A stretch of 64,000 bases of DNA from Vicinamibacterales bacterium (GCA_035495555.1 DATJFQ010000042.1:75893-139892), one strand, 5' to 3'; shown: positions 9,681 through 18,937, counted from the stretch's first letter. Notes: generated by a model not told the origin, from the letters alone. Translations and numbers: made by a program.

Positions 9681-10907
9681 ATGCAGTTGCGCCGCCGTCT
9701 CAAGGAATCGCTCGCCCGCCGTGCACGCGGCACGCGTGTGCTGACGCACGCCTGGGCGCGCTACCGCCGGCAGCGCTACGAGCGGCGCATCGCGAAATTC
9801 GTGGAAGCAGGCTCCGGCAGGGCCGACCGCCTGCCGATGGGGGCGGTCTACGAGGCGACGATGCGGTGCAACCTGCACTGTGAGTTCTGCTACGTGGGCG
9901 ACCTGCTGAACATCGAAGGCGAGTGGCGCCAGGAACTCACGCTGGAACAGCTCGAGCGTGCCTTTCCGGCTCGCGAAGACCTGCAGGTGAGCCTCACGGG
10001 CGGCGAGATCTTCATGCGGAAGGATATCCTGTCGGTCCTCGATCTCTTCCGCCGGAAGGGGTATGCCTGCGGCTACCTGACGACGAACGGGACGATCATC
10101 TCCGAGGAGCGCGCGGAAGCGCTGGCGGATCTCGCGGCGCAAGGCTTTCTCAAGCACATCAGCGTATCCGTCGATGGCCCCCGGGAGCTCCACGACGCAG
10201 CTCGCGGCGTGAAAGGCACGTTCGAGCGGACGTGCACGGGATTGCGCCGCCTCCAGCAAGCGGCGCGGCGCAAAGGTGCGCCGCTGCGCGTGTCGATCAA
10301 CACGACGGTGGCGCACGAGAGCCTGGAGGCCCTCGACACGATGGTCGATGTCGCCGAAGAACTCGGTGTCGATGCCATCGGGTTGAACCATCTGATGTTC
10401 AGCACGCCGGAGGAAGTCGCCGAAACGGTGCGATTGACCGGCGCGACTGACGCATCGCAGATCGCGACGTTCGTCACGCCTGATCCGGGACTCGACATCG
10501 CCCGCGTGCGCGCGCAGGTCGGCGCGCTCGAACGGCGGTGCCGCGAGCGCGGCATCCTCTTCGACTATCGCCCGAAGGTGCATCAGCCGCTGGTCGAGAA
10601 CTACTACACGCCGGGCACCCCGATGGCCGGCCGCTGCCTGTATCCGTTCCTCCACGCGCGTGTGTCGTTCTCGGGCAAGGTCTACTTCTGCCCGTTCATC
10701 CGGGTCGAGGTCGGCGATCTGGCCACATCGACGCTCGAAGAGGTCTGGAACGGCGACAAGTTCGTCGATATGCGCAAACGGCTCCTCGACAACGGCCTGT
10801 TTCCGGTGTGCCGCCGCTGCTGCAAGGTGGAACTCGCGCCGGAACCGCTTCCCCGCCCCGCCGTGGCCGCGCCGCGCCGGGCCATCCCGCTCACGGTGGT
10901 GCGCTGA
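9681..10907 (+). CDS. Radical SAM enzyme with SPASM-type C-terminal domain
   Basis: CNLHCEFC radical SAM motif. C-terminal CLYPF...CPFIRVEVGDL...VWNG...CRRCCK. Confidence 0.8.
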   Translation: MQLRRRLKESLARRARGTRVLTHAWARYRRQRYERRIAKFVEAGSGRADRLPMGAVYEATMRCNLHCEFCYVGDLLNIEGEWRQELTLEQLERAFPAREDLQVSLTGGEIFMRKDILSVLDLFRRKGYACGYLTTNGTIISEERAEALADLAAQGFLKHISVSVDGPRELHDAARGVKGTFERTCTGLRRLQQAARRKGAPLRVSINTTVAHESLEALDTMVDVAEELGVDAIGLNHLMFSTPEEVAETVRLTGATDASQIATFVTPDPGLDIARVRAQVGALERRCRERGILFDYRPKVHQPLVENYYTPGTPMAGRCLYPFLHARVSFSGKVYFCPFIRVEVGDLATSTLEEVWNGDKFVDMRKRLLDNGLFPVCRRCCKVELAPEPLPRPAVAAPRRAIPLTVVR

Positions 10908-10909
10908 CG

Positions 10910-12400
10910 ATGCTCGGACGTCGAACGCTGCTCGTCAACCCGCCGCTGGTCAACGGCATCGCGTTCACCCGCCAGGGCCGCTGCCAGGAGCGTGAGGAAG
11001 TGCTCGGCACCACGAAGCCGCCCTACACGCTCGCGGTGATCGCATCACTGCTGCGCCAGAACGGCTGCGACCTGCGTCTGGTGGATCTCACGGCGCAGCG
11101 GCGGACCCCCACTGACCTGATTGCCGACCTCGATGCCGAGGGCTTCATCCCGACGCTCATCCTCTTTCCCAGCACGACGCCAACGCTCGCGGCCGATGTC
11201 GCGGCGATGGCGGCGCTCAAAGCGCGCTACAACGCGCCGATGTTCTGCTTCGGGCCGCACGCCTCGACGACGCCGCAGCAGTCGATGCTGCGCGCTCCCG
11301 ACGTCGACGGCATGTTCGTCGGCGAGCCCGAGGACGCGGCCGTGCAGCTCGCCATGCTCGAATCGATCGACGCGTTGCCCGCCGTGGCGAGCCTCACATG
11401 GCGCCGCGCAGGCACGATTTTCCCCAATACGGCCCACGGCTCGTACGGCGGATTTCTCTCGATGCCGTATCCATCGTGGGATCTGGTACCGCTGAAATCG
11501 TACTCGCTGCCGCTCGTCAATCGGCCATACGTCATCGTCGAAACGAGCCGCGGATGTCCCTACTCCTGCGACTTCTGCGTCGCGCCGATTCATCAGGGCC
11601 ACAAGTTCCGCGAACGCAGCGCAAAGGCGCTCGTCGACGACATCGAGCGAGGCTATCGCGAGTTCGGCATCGACTTCTTCTATCTGTGGGGCGACACGGT
11701 GACGCTCAACGTCAAGAGCTTCACCGCGTTCTGCGACGAGCTCATCGCGCGGAACCTGCCCATCCAGTGGTTCGGAAACGCGCGCGCGGACAACCTCACG
11801 GATCCGGCGTTTGTCCACCGCCTGCGCAAGGCCGGCTGCTGGATGCTCGCGCTCGGCATCGAGACCGAGTCGGAAGACATCCGTAAGAACATGGTGAAGC
11901 GGCTCGAGCGCCAGAAGATTCAGACCGCGTTCCGCAACATGCGCGAGGCGGGGATCAGGTCGTTCGCGTTTTTCATCTTCGGGTACCCCGGCGAGACGAT
12001 CGACACGATGGATCACACCGTCGACTACGCCATCGAACTCGACCCCGATTTCGCGAACTTCTACCCGGCCGTTCCTTATCCCGGCACGGCGCTCTACGCG
12101 AAAGCGGTGCAGGAAGGCTGGCTGGTCGAAGAAGACTGGTCGCGGATGGAGTACTCGTTTTACCTGATGAACGGCAACGGCCTCGACGAACGCGTCGTGT
12201 TCGACGCGATCAATCGCGCCAAGCGCCGGTTCTTTCTGAGGCCGTCCTATGTGGCGCGACGGCTCGGCGACGTCGTGAAGCTGATGGCGACCAAACCCGC
12301 CATCGTGCGGCAGGTGCTCGCACGCGCGATCTTCGGGACGCGAGTGCCGGCGCCGCCGCGTGCTGAAGCCGTCAGCCCTGGCGGCGCGGCCCGAATCTGA
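10910..12400 (+). CDS. B12-binding-domain radical SAM enzyme
   Basis: ATG at 10910 lies 2 nt after the upstream stop. The N-terminal LLVNPP...PPYTLAVIASLL resembles a B12-binding domain. CPYSCDFC radical SAM motif. The track ORF starting at 10538 is over-extended. Confidence 0.75.
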   Translation: MLGRRTLLVNPPLVNGIAFTRQGRCQEREEVLGTTKPPYTLAVIASLLRQNGCDLRLVDLTAQRRTPTDLIADLDAEGFIPTLILFPSTTPTLAADVAAMAALKARYNAPMFCFGPHASTTPQQSMLRAPDVDGMFVGEPEDAAVQLAMLESIDALPAVASLTWRRAGTIFPNTAHGSYGGFLSMPYPSWDLVPLKSYSLPLVNRPYVIVETSRGCPYSCDFCVAPIHQGHKFRERSAKALVDDIERGYREFGIDFFYLWGDTVTLNVKSFTAFCDELIARNLPIQWFGNARADNLTDPAFVHRLRKAGCWMLALGIETESEDIRKNMVKRLERQKIQTAFRNMREAGIRSFAFFIFGYPGETIDTMDHTVDYAIELDPDFANFYPAVPYPGTALYAKAVQEGWLVEEDWSRMEYSFYLMNGNGLDERVVFDAINRAKRRFFLRPSYVARRLGDVVKLMATKPAIVRQVLARAIFGTRVPAPPRAEAVSPGGAARI

Positions 12401-12407
12401 CTCCGTC

Positions 12408-14240
12408 TTACGGCTCGAAGGTGCCGCCGAGGATCAGCGGACTGTCGGGCGGCAGCCAGTTCCCCTGCCTGCAATACCAGCCTGCCACCGGCGCCGTGCC
12501 GCTGCACGTTCCGTCGTTCGTCGATACGATTAACAAGCTGCCTGGCGGCAGCCAGCCGCCGTTCTGACACACCCACCCGGCGCCGGGCTGCACGGACGTG
12601 CAGGAGCTGGTCGTCGTCGTTGTCGTCGTCGTCGTGCTGCCCGGCGGGAGCCAGTTGCCGTTTACGCACGTCCAGCCGGTCCCTGGCTGCACGCTCGTGC
12701 AGGAGCTGGTCGACGAGGTGGTCGTGGTCGTGCTGCCTGGAGGCAGCCAGTTGCCGTTCACGCACGTCCAGCCGGTCCCTGGCTGCACGCTGGTGCAGCT
12801 CCCCGTTGATCCTGTGCCGCCGGTGCTGGTCGTCGGCGGGAGCCATCCACCATTGACGCATGTCCAGCCCGGACCCGGCTGCACGGTCGTGCACCCGCCC
12901 GTCGTGCTGGTCGTTCCGCCGGTCGTCGTGCTCCCTGGCGGCAGCCAGCCGCCATTCACGCACGTCCAGTCCGCTCCGGGTTGAACCGTCGTGCAGCCGC
13001 CGGTCGTTCCCCCTGTTGAACCGCCGCCCGAGGTCGTGCCGCCGCCACCCGTGTAGCTGCCGCCAGGACCGCCACCGGTGGTTCCCGTTTGAAGGACCAC
13101 TTCACCGATCCCCTGGAACTGGGAGAAGTTGGGGGATCCTGAGCCGCGGCTGACGACGGTGAAGAAGCGGGACATCGTGGCGCTGGCAGCGACCCGCGGG
13201 TAGCGGACCGGATTGAAGCCGGTCGAGAGGGTCTGATCCGAGCCGAACCGGACGCCGCTTGCGTTCAGCTCCGCCACATGCAGTTCATCGGATCCGTCGA
13301 TTCCAACGATTGCGGAGGTGCCGCTGTTGCGGTTGTAGGCGATCGCCAGCGCGTCGTAGGACCCGAAGTTCGCGGCCGTGCCAAACCCGATGAGACCGCC
13401 GCTGTTGTCGAACTCCGCCACCTTGGCGTTTCGCGTGCCGGCCACGTCCTGATACCACGCCATGAGGTAATGCTGCGTCGAGGAATTGAACGCCACGTCC
13501 GTCATGAAGGCCTTGGCGCCGGAAAGAGAATTGAAGGCGGTCCGGCGGAACCCGGACGGATTGGATGCGGGAACGATCGCGAGCGCGGATGACAAGCCGT
13601 CGTTATCGCTGATCGAGACGCCGAATTCGTCTCGGACCGAATTCCATGCGACGCTGGGGTTTTCGCCCTGGCCCGCGGAGACGGTCACCGGCCCCGTCAG
13701 CGTGCTTCCGTCCCCCGCGAGGAGCTGAACTTGCGTGATGTGCGTGATCGTCTCGTACGCGACAAGAAACTTTCCGGAGGTTCGCGAGAAATCGATCCCT
13801 GGCCCTCGTTCGCCGTACGGTGATGCGCCCGAAACCGTCATGGTCGTCCCCATCGCACCTGATGGACACGCAATGGTCCGGGCTTTCAGGAGCATTCCGC
13901 TGGTCTGCTCTTCCGGCCAGACGACGAGGAAATTCCCGGCGTTCGGATTGAATCTCGCGCGCGGGAACGAACCGAACGGATGTCCCTGCGCAGGCTTCAT
14001 GAGGACGGTTCCGCTGGCGACACCATCGGAGCCGATGCACTGCGCGTAAATGTAGTCGACCCCGCCGACGATCAGCCCCCCGCCCGACTCGTCGTGCGCG
14101 ACGTCCACGCCTCGGATGAAGGTCGAAAGCGTGGTGAGGGTGTTCACCTTGCTGATTTGCGCAAACGACGGCGCGGACAGCAGGGCCATGGCCCCGATCA
14201 GCATCAGAGTGACGCGGCGAAATTGCACAGGCTGCTCCAT
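12408..14240 (-). CDS. Secreted protein: N-terminal beta-propeller-like region plus six C-terminal Cys-pair mini-domain repeats with Thr/Gly/Ser linkers
   Basis: Signal peptide RRVTLMLIGAMALLSAPSFAQ. Recurrent blade-like motifs (FLVVW, FLVAYE, PSVAWN, YLMAWY). Six copies of C-x4-P-x-x-GW-x-C-x-x-G-x-WLPP. Confidence 0.8.
   Translation of the reverse strand: MEQPVQFRRVTLMLIGAMALLSAPSFAQISKVNTLTTLSTFIRGVDVAHDESGGGLIVGGVDYIYAQCIGSDGVASGTVLMKPAQGHPFGSFPRARFNPNAGNFLVVWPEEQTSGMLLKARTIACPSGAMGTTMTVSGASPYGERGPGIDFSRTSGKFLVAYETITHITQVQLLAGDGSTLTGPVTVSAGQGENPSVAWNSVRDEFGVSISDNDGLSSALAIVPASNPSGFRRTAFNSLSGAKAFMTDVAFNSSTQHYLMAWYQDVAGTRNAKVAEFDNSGGLIGFGTAANFGSYDALAIAYNRNSGTSAIVGIDGSDELHVAELNASGVRFGSDQTLSTGFNPVRYPRVAASATMSRFFTVVSRGSGSPNFSQFQGIGEVVLQTGTTGGGPGGSYTGGGGTTSGGGSTGGTTGGCTTVQPGADWTCVNGGWLPPGSTTTGGTTSTTGGCTTVQPGPGWTCVNGGWLPPTTSTGGTGSTGSCTSVQPGTGWTCVNGNWLPPGSTTTTTSSTSSCTSVQPGTGWTCVNGNWLPPGSTTTTTTTTTSSCTSVQPGAGWVCQNGGWLPPGSLLIVSTNDGTCSGTAPVAGWYCRQGNWLPPDSPLILGGTFEP
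12411..12995 (-). repeat. In-frame tandem coding repeats (six units of about 96-102 bp) within the secreted protein gene
   Basis: Units 12603-12701 and 12702-12797 are near-identical at DNA level (ccagttgccgtt[t/c]acgcacgtccagccggtccctggctgcacgct...). Confidence 0.9.
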
Positions 14241-14435
14241 CTACTCAAACCGCGGACTCGAGTGCCGCGGATTCAGGCGCGTTCCGGTTATCGACAGGTG
14301 GGGAACAGATCTTTAGCCAGGCAGAAGCCTGGACACTCGGACGTCCTGACAGGACCCACATCCAGCCCTGCCATTCGACATCTCCTGGTGACTATAACGG
14401 AGGAAACGCTTCATTTCCAAGCGCAAATTCGTGTG

Positions 14436-15605
14436 TCAGCGGGTCAACGTGAGAATTCTGGCGGCAGCCTGAACTCTGGCGAGTGCATCCCCGCCGTGCA
14501 GCAGTTGCCTGAGTGCCGTGAGGTCGCTGGCCGTCAGCACTTCGGGGAGGGCCCGGGTCGCCATCTCGCGGATGGCAATATTTGGATCCGCCGAAGCCGC
14601 TTCCAGGACGCGCTTTGCGGATTCGGGGTCGTGAGGCGCCAGCAACCGTGCAGCCTGCACCCTGATTTCGGGCTCGGGCGACGACGTCAGGTCCCGCACG
14701 AGCGACATCCACGTGGGGTCGGGCGAGGTGGACATTGCTTCGGCCGCCGCAATCCGGCCGGAGGGGATGTCGCCGGCCGCGAGCTGCTGCAGCAGCGGCA
14801 GGCCGCTCATGTCCCCCAGCCGGAACAAGGCACGGGCGGCGTGCGTCCGGACAAACGCGCTCGAGTCCGAGAGAAGCGTCCTGAGCACGCCGATCTGATC
14901 GTCGGCGTGGAGTTCCGCCAGCGCGTCGGCGACGGACGCACGCACTTCGTCTCGCGGATCGGTCGCCTGCGCCGCGATGGCTGGCAGCGCCGACCGCCGG
15001 CGGCTCTGACCGAGCGCTTCGACGATCCGAGCCTTGTCGGGATTGCCCGCCGCGAGCTGCCCGCTCAGCTCTCGCACCGCCTGCGCGCTTCCGAGCGCCG
15101 CGAGCGTGCGCGTGTTCGCGGGAAGGGTTGACGCCTCCAGGGCCGACACGGCTTCCTGCTGTCCATCCTCCGCAAGCGCCCGCAGCGCTTCGAGGCGCAC
15201 CTGCGTATCCGATTGCTGGCTGCCCGCTTCGTGGAGCACCGCGCTGCCAATCCGCCGCAGCACTGCCGGCTCTTCGTACGGGCGGCTCCCCAACCACTGC
15301 TCGTATTGCGCGATCCCGTTCGACGCCCCCCCGCGCGCGATCGCCGCCTCGACGCCCAGCGACAAGGCTGCCGCGCTCCGCGGATAGCGGACGAGCACCT
15401 CGTTCGCCTTCCGATACGCGTCGTCGACAAGGCCCTGCGACAGCAGAGCCCACCCGTTCGTCAGCAGAATCGCTTCCGTCGAAGCGCTTCCCGGCGCCGG
15501 CTTCTGCTGGTTACGCGTGCGCGACGCGGGCGTCGATTGCGCAGCGGGGGCGGCACCGGCGATGAGAGCCGAAAGCGTAAGGGCGACGCAACCTGACAAC
15601 GTCAT
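14436..15605 (-). CDS. Secreted HEAT/TPR-like repeat protein
   Basis: Start chosen at MTLSGCVALTLSALIAGAAPAAQ (signal peptide). Repeated Ala/Leu-rich helical units with DP..VR motifs typical of HEAT repeats. Confidence 0.6.
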   Translation of the reverse strand: MTLSGCVALTLSALIAGAAPAAQSTPASRTRNQQKPAPGSASTEAILLTNGWALLSQGLVDDAYRKANEVLVRYPRSAAALSLGVEAAIARGGASNGIAQYEQWLGSRPYEEPAVLRRIGSAVLHEAGSQQSDTQVRLEALRALAEDGQQEAVSALEASTLPANTRTLAALGSAQAVRELSGQLAAGNPDKARIVEALGQSRRRSALPAIAAQATDPRDEVRASVADALAELHADDQIGVLRTLLSDSSAFVRTHAARALFRLGDMSGLPLLQQLAAGDIPSGRIAAAEAMSTSPDPTWMSLVRDLTSSPEPEIRVQAARLLAPHDPESAKRVLEAASADPNIAIREMATRALPEVLTASDLTALRQLLHGGDALARVQAAARILTLTR

Positions 15606-15636
15606 GTGGTACGAGTTCAGACGACTGCGGCGGCAA

Positions 15637-16395
15637 TCAGGCCGGTGACAGCCGCCGGTATTCGCGGCGCGCGCGATGCCGCTCGCGCCATCGCACGCGG
15701 TACAAGCTGCGCAATTGCAGCAGATAGCCGAGCGCTTCACGGGTGCTCATCTTGCTCTCGCCGGCCTCGCGATCGTCGAAGCGATACGGCACTTCGACCA
15801 GGCGATGCGGCCACGCGCGCACGATCAGCTCGAGACAGATTTTGAAGCCGCCGGCGTGGATCTGCACCCCTTCCGCAACTTCGCGGCGCAGCAGAAAAAA
15901 GCCCGATGCGGCGTCACGAATCGGCGACAGCGGCCGTGCGAGCAGGCACGCGGCCCGTGAGAGCACCTTGCGGCGGAGCGGCCAGTCCGGCGTGCTGCCG
16001 CCGGGCACGTATCGGCTGGCGACGACGAGATCGGCCCCCGTCGCACGCTGCGCCGCAAGGAGTTTCGGCACGAGGGACGGCGGGTGGCTGAAATCGGCAT
16101 CCATGACGCCCAGAATCGGCGCGGCCGCCACGTCGAATCCCGCTACGACGGCGGTGCCGAGCCCGAGCTTTCCCGTCCGATGGACGACCCGAATGCGTCG
16201 GGTGCGGGCGAGATCGTCCGCCAGCGCACCAGTGCCGTCGGGTGAGTTGTCGTCGACGATGACGAGTTCGAGATCGAGCCCGGCGTCACGGGTGACGGAA
16301 AAGAGGGCATCGACGAGCTCGCCCAGGCGCTCACGCTCGTTATAGGTTGGAATGACGATCGTCAGGTCCGGCGCGCCCGGCGTCGGAGAAGGCAC
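15637..16395 (-). CDS. Polyprenyl-phosphate mannose (or related hexose) synthase, GT2 Dpm1/Ppm1-like
   Basis: LTIVIPTYNERERL, VIVDDNSPDGTG, VMDADFSHPP and ASRYVPGGS motifs match the DPM1/Ppm1 family. GTG start. Confidence 0.8.
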   Translation of the reverse strand: MPSPTPGAPDLTIVIPTYNERERLGELVDALFSVTRDAGLDLELVIVDDNSPDGTGALADDLARTRRIRVVHRTGKLGLGTAVVAGFDVAAAPILGVMDADFSHPPSLVPKLLAAQRATGADLVVASRYVPGGSTPDWPLRRKVLSRAACLLARPLSPIRDAASGFFLLRREVAEGVQIHAGGFKICLELIVRAWPHRLVEVPYRFDDREAGESKMSTREALGYLLQLRSLYRVRWRERHRARREYRRLSPA

Positions 16396-16430
16396 GACGT
16401 ACTATAATTCATGCGCCCGCACCACTCTGC

Positions 16431-18104
16431 ATGACCGCGCGCGCCCGTTCGTTCGTTCCAGTGCTGCTCGCGCTCGTGGCTTTGGGCGCGGTGCTCCGCA
16501 CGGCGTGGCTTCGCGCCGACCCGCCATGGTTTCCCACCGTCGGCATTATCTGGCATGACGAAGGCGCGTGGGTGCACAACGCACGCAACAAGGCGTTGTT
16601 CGGCGCCTGGCGGGAGGACGAATGGAATCCGATGTACGTGGCGCCGGTGTTCACGGTCGCCGAGTACGCCTCGTTCAGCGCCTTCGGCGTCGGCACGTGG
16701 CAGGCGCGCCTCGTGTCCGCCGTGGCGGGGACGATATCGATTGCGCTGCTCGCGCTCGGCGTGCGCCGGCTCGCCGGGACGTCGGCGGGCGCTATCGCCG
16801 CAGCGCTCCTGGCGACGGATTACGTTTACGTCATGTACGACCGCGCCGCGATCATGGAGGCGCTGATGGTCGCGTGCATCGTTGCCGCCTGGTGGGCGTC
16901 GACGAGGGCGGAAGACCGACCGGAATGGGGTGCGCTGGCAGGCGTGTTGGCGGCGGCCGCGTACTTCACGAAGGCGGCTGCAGCGTTCTACGTAGCCGCG
17001 CTCGCGATTGCCGCTGCGTGGAGTCTCCTTCGCCCGCGCGTCAGCCACGAACGAAAAGCCGCGGTGTGGACGATCGCGGGCCTGGCGGTGGCGTTCGGCG
17101 CTGCAGCCCTCTTGTTCGTGCTGCCGCACTGGACGGACTATCGCTTCTACAACTGGCAAATGTCGGTCACCCGGAAACCGTCGTACGATCTCCGGTCGAT
17201 CGTGACGCGAGTGTCCTGGTTCCCGATTCTCCACGATCAGTTCTCGCGCACGTGGCTGATCGTAGTTGTCGGCACCTTGGGCGGGTGGTCGATCCTGGTC
17301 CGATGGGCGCGGGCGCTGACGTCCGAACGCCTGCTGCTGCTGTGGCTGGCCGTCGGAATCGCCGAGCTGCTGGTGCACGACGTCGGCAACGAACGGCGGT
17401 TCGTGTTCCTGATCCCGGTGCTCATCGCGATCACCGCGATCGTGCTCGCGCGAGGCAAGGGCCTGCTCCCGGAAGACGTCCGCCTCGTCTCCTCGAAGAC
17501 GGTGTGGCTGCTGTCGCCCGCCATTCTCTACAGCGCGTACATCGTCTGCGGACCCGTCGCACGGCTTGCGTTCATTTACGAGGTGAAGGAGGAAGCGCGG
17601 CTCTCCGGGATTCTTGGAGTGGCGCTGGGGCTGGTGGTGCTCGTATTCTGGGAACGGCTCGCCGTATGGCTCAGCGCGGGCCGCTGGTCCACCCGGGTTG
17701 CGGCCGCCCTCACCGCGGCGCTCGTTGGCGCAAACCTCGTCGAGTTCACGCAGTACGCCATGCGGCGCACCTACAAGAACTATTACGCGTCGGTGGAACT
17801 CGGGCGGGTGCTCCCGCCAGGCACTGAAGTGCAGGGAAAACTCGCGAACGGGCTCGCGCTCGAGAATGGCATCCGTCCCATCTTCATCGGCCACGGTTTC
17901 GGGAACTTCGCGGACCGGAAGCGGCGCGAAGATGTGCGGTATATTTTGACGTATACAGCGCCAGCGCTCGGCTACGAAGGGTCCCAAATCGAGGATGTGC
18001 TCGCCGCATATCCGGGCTGGCGGGTCATCATGAGCTTCGACGTCGCAGAGACTCCGTCCGGACACGATCGCGCCGCATTGATCGACAAGCGTGCGGGTCA
18101 TTGA
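16431..18104 (+). CDS. GT-C membrane glycosyltransferase, GT39/ArnT-PMT-like
   Basis: LRTAWLRADPPWFPTVGIIWHDEGAWVHNARN carries the DE loop motif. It has more than 10 TM segments. It is divergent from the Dpm1-like gene across 35 bp. Confidence 0.7.
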   Translation: MTARARSFVPVLLALVALGAVLRTAWLRADPPWFPTVGIIWHDEGAWVHNARNKALFGAWREDEWNPMYVAPVFTVAEYASFSAFGVGTWQARLVSAVAGTISIALLALGVRRLAGTSAGAIAAALLATDYVYVMYDRAAIMEALMVACIVAAWWASTRAEDRPEWGALAGVLAAAAYFTKAAAAFYVAALAIAAAWSLLRPRVSHERKAAVWTIAGLAVAFGAAALLFVLPHWTDYRFYNWQMSVTRKPSYDLRSIVTRVSWFPILHDQFSRTWLIVVVGTLGGWSILVRWARALTSERLLLLWLAVGIAELLVHDVGNERRFVFLIPVLIAITAIVLARGKGLLPEDVRLVSSKTVWLLSPAILYSAYIVCGPVARLAFIYEVKEEARLSGILGVALGLVVLVFWERLAVWLSAGRWSTRVAAALTAALVGANLVEFTQYAMRRTYKNYYASVELGRVLPPGTEVQGKLANGLALENGIRPIFIGHGFGNFADRKRREDVRYILTYTAPALGYEGSQIEDVLAAYPGWRVIMSFDVAETPSGHDRAALIDKRAGH

Positions 18105-18936
18105 CGAACGCGCCATCAAGGCGCACGCGGATCTGCGTTTCCGCTCCGAATACGATTACGCGCTGTTCGAGTACTACCGCAGCGCCAAGGTGATCGCCTT
18201 TCTCGAACGCGCCGGCGTTCGCCTGCATGGCGCGGTGCTCGACGCCGGGTGCGGCGGCGGGGGCATGCCGCTCTCGCTCGCCGAAGAGGCGGGCCCGGTG
18301 GTCGGCATCGATCCGATCAACCGGTTCGGCGACGCAGGCGTTCGGCTTGCGGCGGAGCGCGGGCTCACGAACCTGCATTTCGCGCTCGCGGACGGCATGC
18401 AGTTGCCGTTCCCGAAGGGTGTCTTCGATCTCGTGCTGTCGCACGCGGTGATCGAGCATGTGGCTGACGCGCCTCTGTATCTGCGCGAGTGCGCGCGCGT
18501 CCTCGCGCCGGCTGGACGCATCTATCTGTCGACGGCGCCGTATCTGTCGTTCGCGGGCGCTCACCTGCCGAGGCTGAAAGTGCCGGTGCCGCTGCATCTC
18601 CTCGTGGGCCGCCGGCTGGCGTTCAGCACCTTCCGCGCGCTGGCGCGGCACGCCACGTGGGCCTTGCGCGAGCCGGCAAACGAAAATTCGTTCATCAAGC
18701 TCGCCCGTCGCGGGGAAAGCAAGGAAGACGACCTGCTCGAAAAGGTGCGCGTCGCGCGTTTGCGGCGGCAGATCGCGGGCGCGGGACTGCGGATCGTCCG
18801 GGAGGAGCTGAACGTCACGGCGACGGTTCGTCGGCTGCCGGCCGCGCTCGCGCGGGCCGTACAGAACAGCCGTTTGATTCAGGACGTGTTCATCAGCAGC
18901 ATGGAATACGTTTTGGCTCATAAGGCACCCGCCTGA
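18091..18936 (+). CDS. Class I SAM-dependent methyltransferase
   Basis: VLDAGCGGGG motif I, plus FDLVLSHAVIEHV and LAPAGRIYLS. Confidence 0.75.
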   Translation: MRVIDERAIKAHADLRFRSEYDYALFEYYRSAKVIAFLERAGVRLHGAVLDAGCGGGGMPLSLAEEAGPVVGIDPINRFGDAGVRLAAERGLTNLHFALADGMQLPFPKGVFDLVLSHAVIEHVADAPLYLRECARVLAPAGRIYLSTAPYLSFAGAHLPRLKVPVPLHLLVGRRLAFSTFRALARHATWALREPANENSFIKLARRGESKEDDLLEKVRVARLRRQIAGAGLRIVREELNVTATVRRLPAALARAVQNSRLIQDVFISSMEYVLAHKAPA

Positions 18937-18937
18937 T

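Noticed and set aside
12598-12984. Plus-strand ORF with a poly-Val run (…VVVVVVVVLPGGSQLPFTHVQ…)
   Set aside because: It is the antisense reading of the Thr-linker/Cys-repeat region. The minus-strand product has a signal peptide and a coherent domain structure.
16362-18119. 585-aa minus-strand ORF
   Set aside because: It is antisense to the GT39-like gene, whose plus-strand product has a clear TM topology and DE motif.
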